Shown here: piece by piece, positions 19,822-30,253 of the stretch
Position numbering within the stretch: the stretch's first letter is position 1
Layout: each line of letters opens with the position of its first letter
Origin: Actinomycetes bacterium
GTDB taxonomy: Bacteria > Actinomycetota > Actinomycetes > S36-B12
Length of the DNA: 64,000 nt
NCBI GenBank assembly: GCA_037130755.1
Contig: JBAXSI010000001.1
Location: 75,156-139,155, forward strand
Direction of reading: 5' to 3'
Program-made: the position numbers and the translations under genes
Notes under the pieces: generated by a model
The model's database searches: none
What the model saw: only the letters and a program-made list of their open reading frames with translations
Told to the model about the DNA's origin: nothing

Positions 19822-22554
19822 ATGCCCTCCGCCGCCGAACGCTACGCGTCCGCGATGGCCAGGGGGAGGGACGAGCGCACCCGGCTGGGCGCCTTTTCCC
19901 GGGAGTACCTGTTCGGACTGGACGACTTCCAGTTCCGCGCCTGCCGGGCCCTCGAGGACGGCAAGGGCGTCCTGGTAGCAGCGCCGACCGGGTCGGGCAA
20001 GACGGTGGTGGGGGAGTTCGCGATCCACCTGGCCCTGGCCGAGGGGCGCAAGTGCTTCTACACGACGCCCATCAAGGCGCTCTCGAATCAGAAGTACAAC
20101 GACCTCGTCGAGCGTCATGGTCCTGCGAGCGTCGGACTCCTGACCGGCGACAACAGCATCAACGGTGAGGCACCCATCGTCGTCATGACGACCGAGGTGC
20201 TGCGCAACATGCTCTATGCGGGGTCCTCCACGCTGCACGGACTGGGCTACGTCGTGATGGACGAGGTCCACTACCTCGCCGACCGGTTCCGCGGGGCCGT
20301 GTGGGAGGAGGTCATCATCCACCTGCCGGAGCCCGTCACCGTGGTGGCGCTCTCGGCGACCGTCAGCAACGCAGAGGAGTTCGGCGCGTGGCTAGCGACG
20401 GTCCGCGGCGAGACCGCGATCGTTGTCGAGGAGCATCGACCGGTGCCGCTGTGGCAGCACGTCATGGCAGGGAACCGGATGTACGACCTGTTCGTCGACG
20501 ATGAGCAGCGCGTGGTCAACCCCGAGCTGGTGCGCTTCGCACGCGACGAGGAACGTCACGAGCGTCCGGGACGTCGAGGCCGCACGTATGCGGACCGGTC
20601 GCGATCACGAGGCCCCAAGACACCCTGGCGCAGTGAGGTCGCCGAGCGCCTCGACCGCGAGGGCCTGCTCCCGGCGATCTACTTCCTGTTCAGCCGCGCC
20701 GGATGCGACGAGGCGGTTCGGCAGTGCCTGCACGCCGGCCTTCGCCTGACCACTGCAGATGAGCGCCGCGAGATCAGGTCGGCCGTCCTCGCCGCAACCC
20801 TGGAACTGCCCGATGAGGACCTCGCCGCGCTCGGCTTCGACGAGTGGCTCGAATCCCTTGAGCGTGGCCTTGCCTCCCACCACGCGGGGCTGCTCCCGGT
20901 GTTCAAGGAGATCGTGGAGGGCCTCTTCCAACGCGGGCTGATCAAGGTGGTGTTCGCCACCGAGACGCTGGCACTCGGCATCAACATGCCGGCGAAGTCG
21001 GTCGTCCTTGAGCGCCTCGTGAAGTGGAATGGGGAGACTCACGTCGACCTGACACCGGGCGAATACACGCAGCTCACCGGACGCGCAGGTCGGCGCGGCA
21101 TCGACGTGGAAGGGCACGCGGTCGTGCTCTGGCAGCCCACGCTCGATCCGCGGCAGTTGGCCGGCCTCGCATCGACCCGTACGTATCCACTTCGCTCGTC
21201 GTTCCAGCCGTCGTACAACATGGCCGTGAACCTCGTGTCACGCATGGGACGGCATGCCGCGCGCGAAGTGCTCGAGACGTCGTTCGCACAGTTCCAGGCC
21301 GACCGAAGTGTCGTCGGACTGGCGACCGAACTGCGGAAGGTCGAGGAGGCGCGCGACGGATATCGCGATGCCATGGAGTGCCATCTGGGCGACTTCTATG
21401 AGTACTCCGAACTGCGGGAGTCGATCGGCCGGCGCGAGAAGGACCTCAGCCGTCGGGCCGCGGCCGAGCGGCGCGATGCGGCCGAGGAGTCGTGGCAGGC
21501 GCTTCGGCAGGGCGATGTCTTCATGATCCCGACCGGCCGTCGAGCCGGTCCGGCGGTGGTGCTCGACAGCCGTCGGCATCGCAGTCCGCGCGAGGTGAAC
21601 CGGCCCATGGTGCTCACGGCCGACGGCCAGGTGCGCCGAATGTCCAATGCGGACACAAGCCAGCCGGTGCAGGCGTTCACGCACATCGCCGTCCCCAAGG
21701 GCTTCGTGGCGAAGGACGCGCGCGCACGGCGGGACCTCCTGTCGACGCTGAAGTCCGCAGTGGCCGACGTGCCGCACGACCAACGGCGCAAGCGATCCTC
21801 CACGTCCGACGACGACGAGATCCAGCGACTGCGGGCGGAACTGAGGGCGCATCCGTGTCATGGCTGCTCCGATCGCGAGGTGCATGCGCGCTGGGCCGAG
21901 CGCTACCACCGGACCGCCCGGCAGATCCGCGAGATCGAGCGCAAGGTCGATGGCCGGACCAATTCGATCGCCAAGCGGTTCGACCGCGTATGCGAGGTGC
22001 TCACCGAACTGGGCTATCTGACGTCGTCGGGCGACTCGGCGCAGGTCACCGATCCGGGTCGCATGCTCATGCGTCTGTACACCGAGTCCGACCTGCTGGC
22101 CGCCCAGTCGCTCCTCGACGGGCATTGGTCCGCGCTGACGTCAGCGGAGCTCGCGGCCGTCGCCTCCGCGGTGGTATTCGAGTCACGCGGACCAGAGGAC
22201 GAGCAGCCCGTGCCGTCGCCGACGCAGGGCATTCGACTCTCGGTCGATCGGCTTGTGCACCTGTGGGGAGACCTCCACGAGCTTGAGGGCCGCCATGGGC
22301 TGGAGATCACTCGACGGCCCGACCCCGGCCTGGTGGACGCCACCTACCGATGGGCGACGGGCGCGAACCTGCTCCAGGTCCTCACGCATGGCGACATCAC
22401 TGCTGGCGATTTCGTGCGCTGGTGCCGACAGGTCATCGACCTGCTCGGGCAGATCGCGCAGGCGCTGGAGCCCGGCGATCCGCTGCGCTCACGTGCCAAC
22501 GAGGCAGCGGATCTGGTCAACCGCGGCGTGGTCGCCTACTCGTCGGCGGTCTGA
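19822..22554 (+). CDS. helY: Ski2-like DEAD/DEAH-box helicase
   Basis: 910 aa. Walker A APTGSGKT, DEVH box (VVMDEVHYLAD), and a C-terminal DSHCT-like region. Conserved position after tatC. Confidence 0.9.
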   Translation: MPSAAERYASAMARGRDERTRLGAFSREYLFGLDDFQFRACRALEDGKGVLVAAPTGSGKTVVGEFAIHLALAEGRKCFYTTPIKALSNQKYNDLVERHGPASVGLLTGDNSINGEAPIVVMTTEVLRNMLYAGSSTLHGLGYVVMDEVHYLADRFRGAVWEEVIIHLPEPVTVVALSATVSNAEEFGAWLATVRGETAIVVEEHRPVPLWQHVMAGNRMYDLFVDDEQRVVNPELVRFARDEERHERPGRRGRTYADRSRSRGPKTPWRSEVAERLDREGLLPAIYFLFSRAGCDEAVRQCLHAGLRLTTADERREIRSAVLAATLELPDEDLAALGFDEWLESLERGLASHHAGLLPVFKEIVEGLFQRGLIKVVFATETLALGINMPAKSVVLERLVKWNGETHVDLTPGEYTQLTGRAGRRGIDVEGHAVVLWQPTLDPRQLAGLASTRTYPLRSSFQPSYNMAVNLVSRMGRHAAREVLETSFAQFQADRSVVGLATELRKVEEARDGYRDAMECHLGDFYEYSELRESIGRREKDLSRRAAAERRDAAEESWQALRQGDVFMIPTGRRAGPAVVLDSRRHRSPREVNRPMVLTADGQVRRMSNADTSQPVQAFTHIAVPKGFVAKDARARRDLLSTLKSAVADVPHDQRRKRSSTSDDDEIQRLRAELRAHPCHGCSDREVHARWAERYHRTARQIREIERKVDGRTNSIAKRFDRVCEVLTELGYLTSSGDSAQVTDPGRMLMRLYTESDLLAAQSLLDGHWSALTSAELAAVASAVVFESRGPEDEQPVPSPTQGIRLSVDRLVHLWGDLHELEGRHGLEITRRPDPGLVDATYRWATGANLLQVLTHGDITAGDFVRWCRQVIDLLGQIAQALEPGDPLRSRANEAADLVNRGVVAYSSAV

Positions 22555-23471
22555 CGATCAAGGGCTGCACGAAGGGCGTCTGCCTGTCTCGCGACACCCC
22601 AGTCCGCGGCGATCTGCTCGAAGACCTCCGGTGTTGCCGGTGGCCGTGCTGAGCCGACGTCGAGGTCGGTCACTGCCAGGGCAACCGTCCGTGCCCGCAG
22701 GACGGCGTCCGGGTCGGCGAGGAGCGACGCCGCAAGCCGCGGCGTCATCGGACGCATGACTGGGTCGGCAGCGGCCGCCGCAAGGATGCCGTCGATTCCG
22801 CCGAAAGCCGCAACCAGCGCAACGGCGGTCTTCGCACCGATGCCGGCCACGCCGGGCAGTCCGTCGGACGGATCGCCGCGAAGCACGGCAAGATCCACGT
22901 AGTTCGACGGTTCCACTCCGAACCGCTCGATCACCGACGGCGGATCGAGAACGGGCCACTTGTCCATGCCGCCGTTGACGGTCAGAAGCAGGGACACGCG
23001 CTCGTTGACGACCTGCACCAGGTCGCGGTCACCGGACACCGCGAGGACCGGCCTTGCCTCCTGCGCGGCGACCGAAGCGATCACGTCATCGGCCTCGAAC
23101 CCGGGTCGGCCCAGCGGTGCGATCCCGACCGCTGTGAGCAGCTCGGCGATCGCCTCCGCCTGAGCGCCCAGCGATTCCGGTTCGAGCTCCGCGTCGACCT
23201 CATCACCGTCGCCTTCCTCCGCCACTCGGTGCGCCTTGTAGGTGGGGATGAGGTCGACCCGCCACTGCGGCCGCCAGTCCGCGTCCCAGCAGGGCACGAC
23301 GTCGACAGGTCGGTACTGGTCCACCAGCCGGGTCACGGTCGACAGGAAGCCGCGAACCGCGTTGTGCGGTCGGCCGTCCGGAGCCGTCATCGACTCGGGC
23401 AGGGCATGGAAGGCCCGGTAGTACAAAGAGGCTGAGTCGAGGACGAGAACTGGTCGCGATCCGGCAGGCAT
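22536..23471 (-). CDS. 5'-3' exonuclease (FEN/Pol I N-terminal-like)
   Basis: Start placed at MPAGSRPVLVLDSASLYYRAF (ATG at 23471; the ORF extends to 23525). It has the PIN-like and H3TH regions (GDPSDGLPGVAGIGAKTA). Confidence 0.85.
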   Translation of the reverse strand: MPAGSRPVLVLDSASLYYRAFHALPESMTAPDGRPHNAVRGFLSTVTRLVDQYRPVDVVPCWDADWRPQWRVDLIPTYKAHRVAEEGDGDEVDAELEPESLGAQAEAIAELLTAVGIAPLGRPGFEADDVIASVAAQEARPVLAVSGDRDLVQVVNERVSLLLTVNGGMDKWPVLDPPSVIERFGVEPSNYVDLAVLRGDPSDGLPGVAGIGAKTAVALVAAFGGIDGILAAAAADPVMRPMTPRLAASLLADPDAVLRARTVALAVTDLDVGSARPPATPEVFEQIAADWGVARQADALRAALDRQTADE

Positions 23472-23539
23472 CACGGCAGTCTGGCAGACGGATCCTCGCA
23501 AGGGCAGCGCATAGACTCCCAGCACGAGAGGGGGGACCC

Positions 23540-24643
23540 ATGCAGGGGAGCGACTTCGGCGGCCGGCTGGCGGCGGTGGCCCACGAGGCAGCGGCAGGCG
23601 GCATCGACGCCGTGCTGGTCACCCCTGGCCCGGATCTGCAGTACCTGGTCGGCTACGAGGCCATTCCGCTGGAACGCCTGACCTGCCTGGTCGTACCCGC
23701 TGTCGGTGATCCGTCGCTCGTCGTCCCCCGTTTGGAGATGCTCGCCGCGCAGGCCAGCCCTGCGCAGGCACTGGGCTTGGCGATGCACCCCTGGGGCGAG
23801 ACCGATGACCCCTTCGCACTCGTCGCAGGCCTTGTTCCGTCCGCGACCACGGTCGCACTCGACAACCACATGTGGGCCGAGAAGGTGCTGCGGCTCCGCA
23901 CCGCCATGCCCATCGCCACGCAGGTGCTCGCGGGCGACACCATCGCGCGCCTGCGCATGCGCAAGGACGACGGCGAGGTGACCGCCCTGATGCGAGCCGG
24001 AGCCGCGATCGACGCCGTGCACGCGCAGGTGGCCGGCCTCCTGCGTCCCGGCCGCACGGAGCGTGAGGTCGGAGCGGATATCTCCACCGCGATCACCGAG
24101 GCTGGGCATGTCCGCGTGGACTTCATCATCGTGGCGAGCGGACCGAACAGCGCGAGCCCGCACCACGAGGTCTCCGATCGAGTCCTTGAGCACGGCGACG
24201 TGGTGGTCGTCGACATCGGCGGCACCATGGCCGACGGGTATCGCAGCGACTGCACGAGGACGTACGCCGTGGGTGAGGCGCCACCCGGCTTCGTCGAGGC
24301 CTACGCGGCGCTCCAACAGGCTCAGGCCGCTGCTGTTGCTCACGCACGTGCCGGAGTGTCCTGCGAGAGCGTGGACTCCGCGGCGCGCGACGTCCTCACC
24401 GAAGCAGGCCTCGGCGAACTGTTCATCCACCGGACCGGCCACGGCATCGGGCTGGAGACGCACGAGGAGCCTTACATCGTGTCGGGGAACACCCTCGTCC
24501 TCGAACCTGGAATGGCGTTCAGCATCGAGCCGGGCTTCTACCGGGAGGGAGTGTTCGGTGCGCGAATCGAGGACATCGTCATCGCCACCACCGATGGCGT
24601 GCTCGTGGCCAACAACCAGCCGAGAGATCTGGTGATCGTATGA
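23540..24643 (+). CDS. M24-family Xaa-Pro dipeptidase/aminopeptidase
   Basis: 367 aa. Creatinase-like N-domain, then VVVVDIGG and HRTGHGIGLETHEEPY metal-ligand motifs. Confidence 0.85.
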   Translation: MQGSDFGGRLAAVAHEAAAGGIDAVLVTPGPDLQYLVGYEAIPLERLTCLVVPAVGDPSLVVPRLEMLAAQASPAQALGLAMHPWGETDDPFALVAGLVPSATTVALDNHMWAEKVLRLRTAMPIATQVLAGDTIARLRMRKDDGEVTALMRAGAAIDAVHAQVAGLLRPGRTEREVGADISTAITEAGHVRVDFIIVASGPNSASPHHEVSDRVLEHGDVVVVDIGGTMADGYRSDCTRTYAVGEAPPGFVEAYAALQQAQAAAVAHARAGVSCESVDSAARDVLTEAGLGELFIHRTGHGIGLETHEEPYIVSGNTLVLEPGMAFSIEPGFYREGVFGARIEDIVIATTDGVLVANNQPRDLVIV

Positions 24644-25815
24644 CGTTCCCCTGGAAGGGCGCGGCCGTCACGCGCCTCATGCCCACGCCGGAGTCCGTCG
24701 ACCTGATGGCCATGGTCGAGGAGTTCGCGGCCGCGGAACTCGCGCCGCACGCCGCGCAGGCCGAGGAGGACTCGGTCTTCCCGCGCGAGGCCTTCGTCAC
24801 CATGGGCGAGCTCGGCCTGCTCTCGCTGCCGTTCGACGAGGAGTACGGAGGCGGCGGGCAGGCCTACGAGGTCGTCCTGCAGTCCCTCGAAGAGGTTGCG
24901 CGGGCGTGGCTGAGCGTGGGCGTGAGCCTGAGCGTGCACTACCTTTCGTGCTTCGCCCTGGCCAACTACGGCTCGGCCGAGCAGCGGGCGCGTTGGCTCC
25001 CCGACATGATCGGCGGCAGCCTCCTGGGCGCCTACTGCCTGTCGGAGTCGCACTCGGGCTCGGACGCGGCAGCCCTCGCGACGCGAGCCGAGCAGGTGGA
25101 CGGCGGCTTCCGGGTCAACGGCACCAAGGCCTGGATCACCCACGGCGGCCGCGCCGACTTCTACTCCGCGATGGTCCGCACCTCGGACGACGGCGCGCGC
25201 GGCATCAGCTGCCTACTGGTCGACGGCACCAGCCCGGGCCTGTCCTCCGCACCCCCCGAGCGCAAGATGGGCGCGACCTCCTCGCCCACGGCGCAGGTGG
25301 TGTTCGAGGACGTCTTCGTGGAGTCCGATCGACTGATGGGCCCCCTCGGTGGCGGCTTCCCGGTCGCCCTGGCCGCGCTCGACGCCGGCCGGCTCGGGAT
25401 AGCGGCGTGTGCCGTCGGACTCGGGCAGGCGGCGCTCGATGCGGCAGTCGCCTATGCACGCGAGCGGCAGCAGTTCGGGCACTCGATCGGTGACTTCCAG
25501 GGCATCGCCTTCATGCTCGCCGACATGGCCACGTCAGTCGCCACGGCGCGAGCGCAATACCTCCACGCGGCACGACTCAAGGATGCCGGCCTGCCGTTCG
25601 GCACCCAGGCGGCAATGGCCAAGCTCGCGGCCACCGATGCCGCCATGAAGGTCACGACGGACGCCATCCAGGTGCTTGGCGGCGCCGGCTACACGCGGGA
25701 CTTCCCGGTGGAGCGGTACTTCCGCGAGGCGAAGGCACTGCAGATCGTCGAGGGCACCAACCAGATCCAGCGCATGGTGATCGGCCGAGCACTGCAGAGT
25801 GGTTCCGGGCGTTGA
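24640..25815 (+). CDS. Acyl-CoA dehydrogenase
   Basis: 391 aa. CLSESHSGSDAAAL, GTKAWITHG, and C-terminal QIVEGTNQIQRMVIGR. Confidence 0.9.
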   Translation: MTFPWKGAAVTRLMPTPESVDLMAMVEEFAAAELAPHAAQAEEDSVFPREAFVTMGELGLLSLPFDEEYGGGGQAYEVVLQSLEEVARAWLSVGVSLSVHYLSCFALANYGSAEQRARWLPDMIGGSLLGAYCLSESHSGSDAAALATRAEQVDGGFRVNGTKAWITHGGRADFYSAMVRTSDDGARGISCLLVDGTSPGLSSAPPERKMGATSSPTAQVVFEDVFVESDRLMGPLGGGFPVALAALDAGRLGIAACAVGLGQAALDAAVAYARERQQFGHSIGDFQGIAFMLADMATSVATARAQYLHAARLKDAGLPFGTQAAMAKLAATDAAMKVTTDAIQVLGGAGYTRDFPVERYFREAKALQIVEGTNQIQRMVIGRALQSGSGR

Positions 25816-27443
25816 CCTCACCCACCTGGTCCGGCAACGAGCGTGTCCTCCTGCACGGCGGCACCATCTACTCACCTGTGAGTCCGTTTGCCACGGCGAT
25901 GCTCATTGACGGCGACGCCGTCGCATGGCTGGGGGAGGACTCGGCGGCCGATGCCCATCGCGATTCCGCCGACGTCGTGGTGGACCTGCACGGCGCACTG
26001 GTGGCGCCAGGGTTCGTCGACGCGCACGTGCACACCACCAGCACCGGCCTGACGCTGACCGGCCTGGACCTTGCGAGCACCAACTCCCTTCAGGAGGTTC
26101 TCGAACTGCTCGAACGCCATGCGCGCAGCCTCAGCAGCGGAGTGATCCTCGGCCACGGCTGGGACGAGACCCGCTGGAGCCAGGCACGGTTGCCGTCGCG
26201 AGGCGAACTCGACCGCGCGGCACCGGGAAGAGTCGTCTACCTCTCACGCATCGACGTCCACTCGGCAGCCGTGTCGAGTGCGCTCCTCGACGCGGTCCCA
26301 GGCGTCCGTGACCTTGGCGGCTTCCACCCGGACCTGCCGCTGACGCAGCAGGCGCACCACGCCGTTCGCGAAGCCGCCTTGGCGTCCGTCAGGCCCAGCC
26401 AGCGTCGAGAGGCGCAGCGAACAGCCCGCCGTCATGCGGCGAGCCTCGGGATCGTGGCCATGCACGAGATGGCTGGACCGAGCATCTCGGGCCTAGACGA
26501 CCTCTCGGATCTCACCACGTTGTCCTCGACCGAGCTGGGTCCGGCCGTGTTCGGCTACTGGGGCGAGCTCGCACAGGAGGGGGGCATCGATCGCGCCCGC
26601 GAGTGCGGCGCGTATGCGGTCGGCGGCGACCTTTCCGTCGACGGAGCGCTCGGCTCGCGCACCGCATGCCTGTCTTCGCCGTACGCCGACGCTCCGGACT
26701 CCAACGGCGCCCGCTACCTCACGTCCGAGGCCATCGCCGAGCACATCCTGCTGACCACCGACGCAGGGTTCCAGTCCGCCTTCCATTGCATCGGTGACGC
26801 CGCGTGCCAGTCGGCGGTCGATGGCTACGTGTCCGCCGCAAGAACGCTTGGCGCCGATCGCGTTCGGCAACTCGGGCATCGACTGGAGCACGCGGAGATG
26901 GTCTCTGACGACTCGATCGCGGCCATGGCCGACTTGGGGATCATCGCCAGCATGCAGCCCATGTTCGACGCGCTGTGGGGCAATCGGGGCGGGATGTATG
27001 AGCAGCGTCTGGGACGCACCCGCGCCACTTCGATGAACCGGATCGCAGACCTCACGGCGGCGGGCGTCGTCGTCGCACTCGGCTCGGACTCACCGGTGAC
27101 GGCTCTCGGTCCGTGGGAGGCCGTTCGCGCGGCGATGCTGCACCACAATCCGGCTCAGCGAGTGTCGGCCCGATCGGCCTTCTCGGCGCACACCCGCGGG
27201 GGATGGCGCGCGGTGGGGCGCACCGACGCCGGTGTTCTCGCTCCGGGCGCGCCGGCTCACTACGCCCTGTGGGACGTCGCCGATGTCGTCGTCCAAGCCC
27301 CTGACGAACGGCTCGCCGCGTGGTCGACCGACCCGCGCAGTGGCACGCCGGGACTTCCGGCGATGAGCACCGACGGCGTCGTGCCCCAGTGCCTGCGCAC
27401 CGTCGCCTTCGGCCGCACCATCCACGACACACTCGAGGCCTAG
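25812..27443 (+). CDS. Amidohydrolase-3 (YtcJ-like) metal-dependent hydrolase
   Basis: 543 aa. PGFVDAHVHT (HxH) and later HCIGD, HAE and GSDSPV motifs. The start is a TTG overlapping the preceding stop, so the start is uncertain. Confidence 0.75.
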   Translation: MTSPTWSGNERVLLHGGTIYSPVSPFATAMLIDGDAVAWLGEDSAADAHRDSADVVVDLHGALVAPGFVDAHVHTTSTGLTLTGLDLASTNSLQEVLELLERHARSLSSGVILGHGWDETRWSQARLPSRGELDRAAPGRVVYLSRIDVHSAAVSSALLDAVPGVRDLGGFHPDLPLTQQAHHAVREAALASVRPSQRREAQRTARRHAASLGIVAMHEMAGPSISGLDDLSDLTTLSSTELGPAVFGYWGELAQEGGIDRARECGAYAVGGDLSVDGALGSRTACLSSPYADAPDSNGARYLTSEAIAEHILLTTDAGFQSAFHCIGDAACQSAVDGYVSAARTLGADRVRQLGHRLEHAEMVSDDSIAAMADLGIIASMQPMFDALWGNRGGMYEQRLGRTRATSMNRIADLTAAGVVVALGSDSPVTALGPWEAVRAAMLHHNPAQRVSARSAFSAHTRGGWRAVGRTDAGVLAPGAPAHYALWDVADVVVQAPDERLAAWSTDPRSGTPGLPAMSTDGVVPQCLRTVAFGRTIHDTLEA

Positions 27444-27445
27444 CC

Positions 27446-28981
27446 ATGCCACCGCTCATGACGCTCCCGCGCGCGACGGCGCTTGCGGTGCTGTCCGGCG
27501 TCGTGATGTGGCTGGCCTTCCCGCCGGTGGCGTTCGGGCCCTACGCGATCGCGGCGGTCGCCCTGCTCACCACGGCGCTCTGGCGGTCGTCCCTGCGCCG
27601 CGGGCTCGGCTTGGGATTCCTCTCCGGAATGGTGTACTTCCTGCTCCTGCTGGGCTGGATGCGGGTGATCGGCTGGGACGCGTGGATCCTGCTCACACTG
27701 CTGTGCGCCTGCTGGTTCGCCCTTGCGGGACTGGGGACGGCGCTCGTCAGCCGCCTCCCTGGCGCTCCGGTCTGGATCGGAGCGGTGTGGGTCTTGTCTG
27801 AGGTGCTGCGCGGTCGGGTGCCGTTCGGCGGCTTCCCCTGGGGGAACCTCTCGTTCGCGCAGCCAGGCGGTCCGATGGTGGCGCTCGCGCCGTGGGGCGG
27901 ATCCTCGCTGGTCTCCTTCGCCGTGGCGTTCATCGGCGCAGCGATCGTCACGATCGCCCTGGACTATCGCGCGGGCCGACGAAACTGGTCGGCGGCGTGG
28001 CTCGTGTCGTGCGCACTTCTGGTCTTCGTGCCGGCCGTCCTCGGGGTGCCGAGTACCGGCGACACCAACGGCGGCCCAGCGACCGCGACCATCGCCATCG
28101 TGCAGGGAGGAACACCCGAGGTCGGCCTTGGCGCGATGGACGTCCGACGGGCCGTTCTCGACAACCACGTAGCCCAGACGCTCGACCTCGCCAAAGCCAT
28201 CGACGCAGGCAAGGCCAGGCGTCCGGCCTTCGTCCTATGGCCGGAGAACTCTTCCGACATCGACCCGTTCACCGACGCCGATGCGGCCGCCGCGATCTCC
28301 GCGGCGGCACGAGCGGTGCAGGCGCCGATCCTCGTCGGCGCAGTCATCTCGGTCCCGGACAACCCGAACGGCGTATGGAACGTCGGCATCGTCTGGGACC
28401 CGGTCGCCGGACCGCAGGAGATGTACGTGAAGAACCACCCGGTCCCGTTCGGCGAGTACATCCCCTTCCGCGACTTCCTCGCCCAGCACATCGCGCGCTT
28501 CGACCGGATCCCCAGGGACTTCATCCCAGGGACCAAGCCCGGCAACCTCACGATCGGCGGTGTGCCGGTCGGCAACGTCATCTGCTTCGAAGTCGCCTAC
28601 CGCGACGTCGTGCACGCGGTCGTCGACGGGGGAGCGAGGGTCCTCACAGTTCAGACGAACAACGCCACGTACGGCGGCACCGCCCAGCCTGAGCAGCAAT
28701 TGGCCATCGAGCGCCTTCGTGCGATCGAGTTCGGCCGCTCCGTCGTCGTCGCCGCGACTAGCGGCATCTCCGCCGTGGTCGCACCCGACGGCTCCTTCCT
28801 GGACCGCATCGACGAGGGCGATGTCGGCTGGCGGGTTGCTGACGTCCCCTTGCGCGGGCAGACCACCTGGGCCACCGCACTGGGCCACGGCGTAGAGGTT
28901 GTGCTGTCCTTGATCGCCCTGGCAGCCATGACTGTGGCGGTGCTGTGGTCGGCTCGTGGGCGGCGTCGGCCCATCGCCTAA
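27446..28981 (+). CDS. lnt: Apolipoprotein N-acyltransferase
   Basis: Start placed at MPPLMTLPRA (ATG 27446). The ORF's 42-aa Arg/His-rich extension overlaps the previous gene. Multi-TM N-half, then a nitrilase-like domain with WPENS and the catalytic Cys in VICFEVAY. Confidence 0.9.
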   Translation: MPPLMTLPRATALAVLSGVVMWLAFPPVAFGPYAIAAVALLTTALWRSSLRRGLGLGFLSGMVYFLLLLGWMRVIGWDAWILLTLLCACWFALAGLGTALVSRLPGAPVWIGAVWVLSEVLRGRVPFGGFPWGNLSFAQPGGPMVALAPWGGSSLVSFAVAFIGAAIVTIALDYRAGRRNWSAAWLVSCALLVFVPAVLGVPSTGDTNGGPATATIAIVQGGTPEVGLGAMDVRRAVLDNHVAQTLDLAKAIDAGKARRPAFVLWPENSSDIDPFTDADAAAAISAAARAVQAPILVGAVISVPDNPNGVWNVGIVWDPVAGPQEMYVKNHPVPFGEYIPFRDFLAQHIARFDRIPRDFIPGTKPGNLTIGGVPVGNVICFEVAYRDVVHAVVDGGARVLTVQTNNATYGGTAQPEQQLAIERLRAIEFGRSVVVAATSGISAVVAPDGSFLDRIDEGDVGWRVADVPLRGQTTWATALGHGVEVVLSLIALAAMTVAVLWSARGRRRPIA

Positions 28982-28987
28982 GGTGAC

Positions 28988-29764
28988 ATGGTGACGTCTG
29001 CCACCTTCGCCGACCTCGGCCGCATCCTCGTGATCATCCCCACGTTCAACGAGCTCACGACGATCACGCCGATCGTCGCGCGGGTCCGCTCGTCGGTGCC
29101 TGAGGCGCACATCCTGATCGCCGACGACAACTCCCCTGACGGCACGGGACGGGTCGCCGACGAGATCGCCGCAGATGACCCGAACGTCCAGGTCATGCAC
29201 CGACTGGGCAAAGAAGGCCTTGGCGCTGCGTACCTGGCCGGCTTCGCATGGGCCCTCCAGGAGGGCTACGAGGTGGTCGTCGAGATGGATGCCGACGGCT
29301 CGCACCAGCCCGAGCAGCTCCCTCGCCTGCTCGACGCCCTCCGGACGGCAGACCTCGTTCTCGGATCGCGCTGGGTGCCCGGTGGCAGGACCGAGAACTG
29401 GCCCAAGACACGGCAGTTCATCTCCCGCAGCGGGAGCGCGTACACGCGCGTGATGCTGGGCGTTCCGATCCACGACGCGACCGGCGGCTACCGCGCCTTC
29501 CGCGCCGACACGCTGCGCAAGCTGGACCTGCATGAGGTCGCATCCCAGGGCTACTGCTTCCAGATCGATCTCGCGTGGCGGGCAATCCAGCGCGGCCTGA
29601 CGGTACGCGAGGTGCCCATCACCTTCGTCGAGCGCACCTCGGGCTCGAGCAAGATGAGCCGGAAGATCGTCGTCGAGGCCCTGTGGCGGGTCTCGGCGTG
29701 GGGCGTCGATGACAAGGTCACCCGCATCAGGCGGCGCGCCCATGCCAAGCGGGCCCAAGAGTGA
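28988..29764 (+). CDS. ppm1: Polyprenol-phosphate mannosyltransferase (GT2)
   Basis: 258 aa. VIIPTFNE, ADDNSPDGT and MDADGSHQPE motifs. Adjacent to lnt. Confidence 0.9.
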   Translation: MVTSATFADLGRILVIIPTFNELTTITPIVARVRSSVPEAHILIADDNSPDGTGRVADEIAADDPNVQVMHRLGKEGLGAAYLAGFAWALQEGYEVVVEMDADGSHQPEQLPRLLDALRTADLVLGSRWVPGGRTENWPKTRQFISRSGSAYTRVMLGVPIHDATGGYRAFRADTLRKLDLHEVASQGYCFQIDLAWRAIQRGLTVREVPITFVERTSGSSKMSRKIVVEALWRVSAWGVDDKVTRIRRRAHAKRAQE

Positions 29765-30252
29765 GCGGGTTTCGCCGCAGGCTCCTGCTGATCGGCTACC
29801 CGCTCCTGGAGTGCGTGACGATCTACCTGGTTGCGCAGTGGATCGGCTGGGGCTGGACCTTCCTGCTTCTCCTTGCCGGGATTCCCGTCGGCTTCGCCTT
29901 CATGCGCAATGCTGGCGATGCGGCGATGCGCGACATCGTGGTCGCCTCCAATGAAGGCACCCAGGTCGATGCCAGCCGCCACACGCTTTCGTTCGTCGGC
30001 GGCCTGCTGGTGGCGATCCCCGGATTCTGGTCCGACCTCCTGGGGCTTCTTCTCGTGTTCCCCCCGACACAGCGGCTCTTCCGGTCGCGGGCCAGGTCGT
30101 GGGTCTCAGCGCGCTTCACGACCGTGCGCGTCCCAGGCGTCCACAACCCCGGGGGAGACGTCATCCAGGGTGCCGTCATCCACAGCACCGTGGTCCCAGA
30201 CGACGAAGCGGGCCCCCCGTCACCGGGGAGCCCGCCGCAGATCGAGCGCTAG
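29761..30252 (+). CDS. fxsA: FxsA-family membrane protein
   Basis: 163 aa. GTGA overlap with ppm1. TM helices and the PGFWSDLLGLLLVFPPTQRLFR signature. Confidence 0.8.
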   Translation: MSGFRRRLLLIGYPLLECVTIYLVAQWIGWGWTFLLLLAGIPVGFAFMRNAGDAAMRDIVVASNEGTQVDASRHTLSFVGGLLVAIPGFWSDLLGLLLVFPPTQRLFRSRARSWVSARFTTVRVPGVHNPGGDVIQGAVIHSTVVPDDEAGPPSPGSPPQIER

Positions 30253-30253
30253 G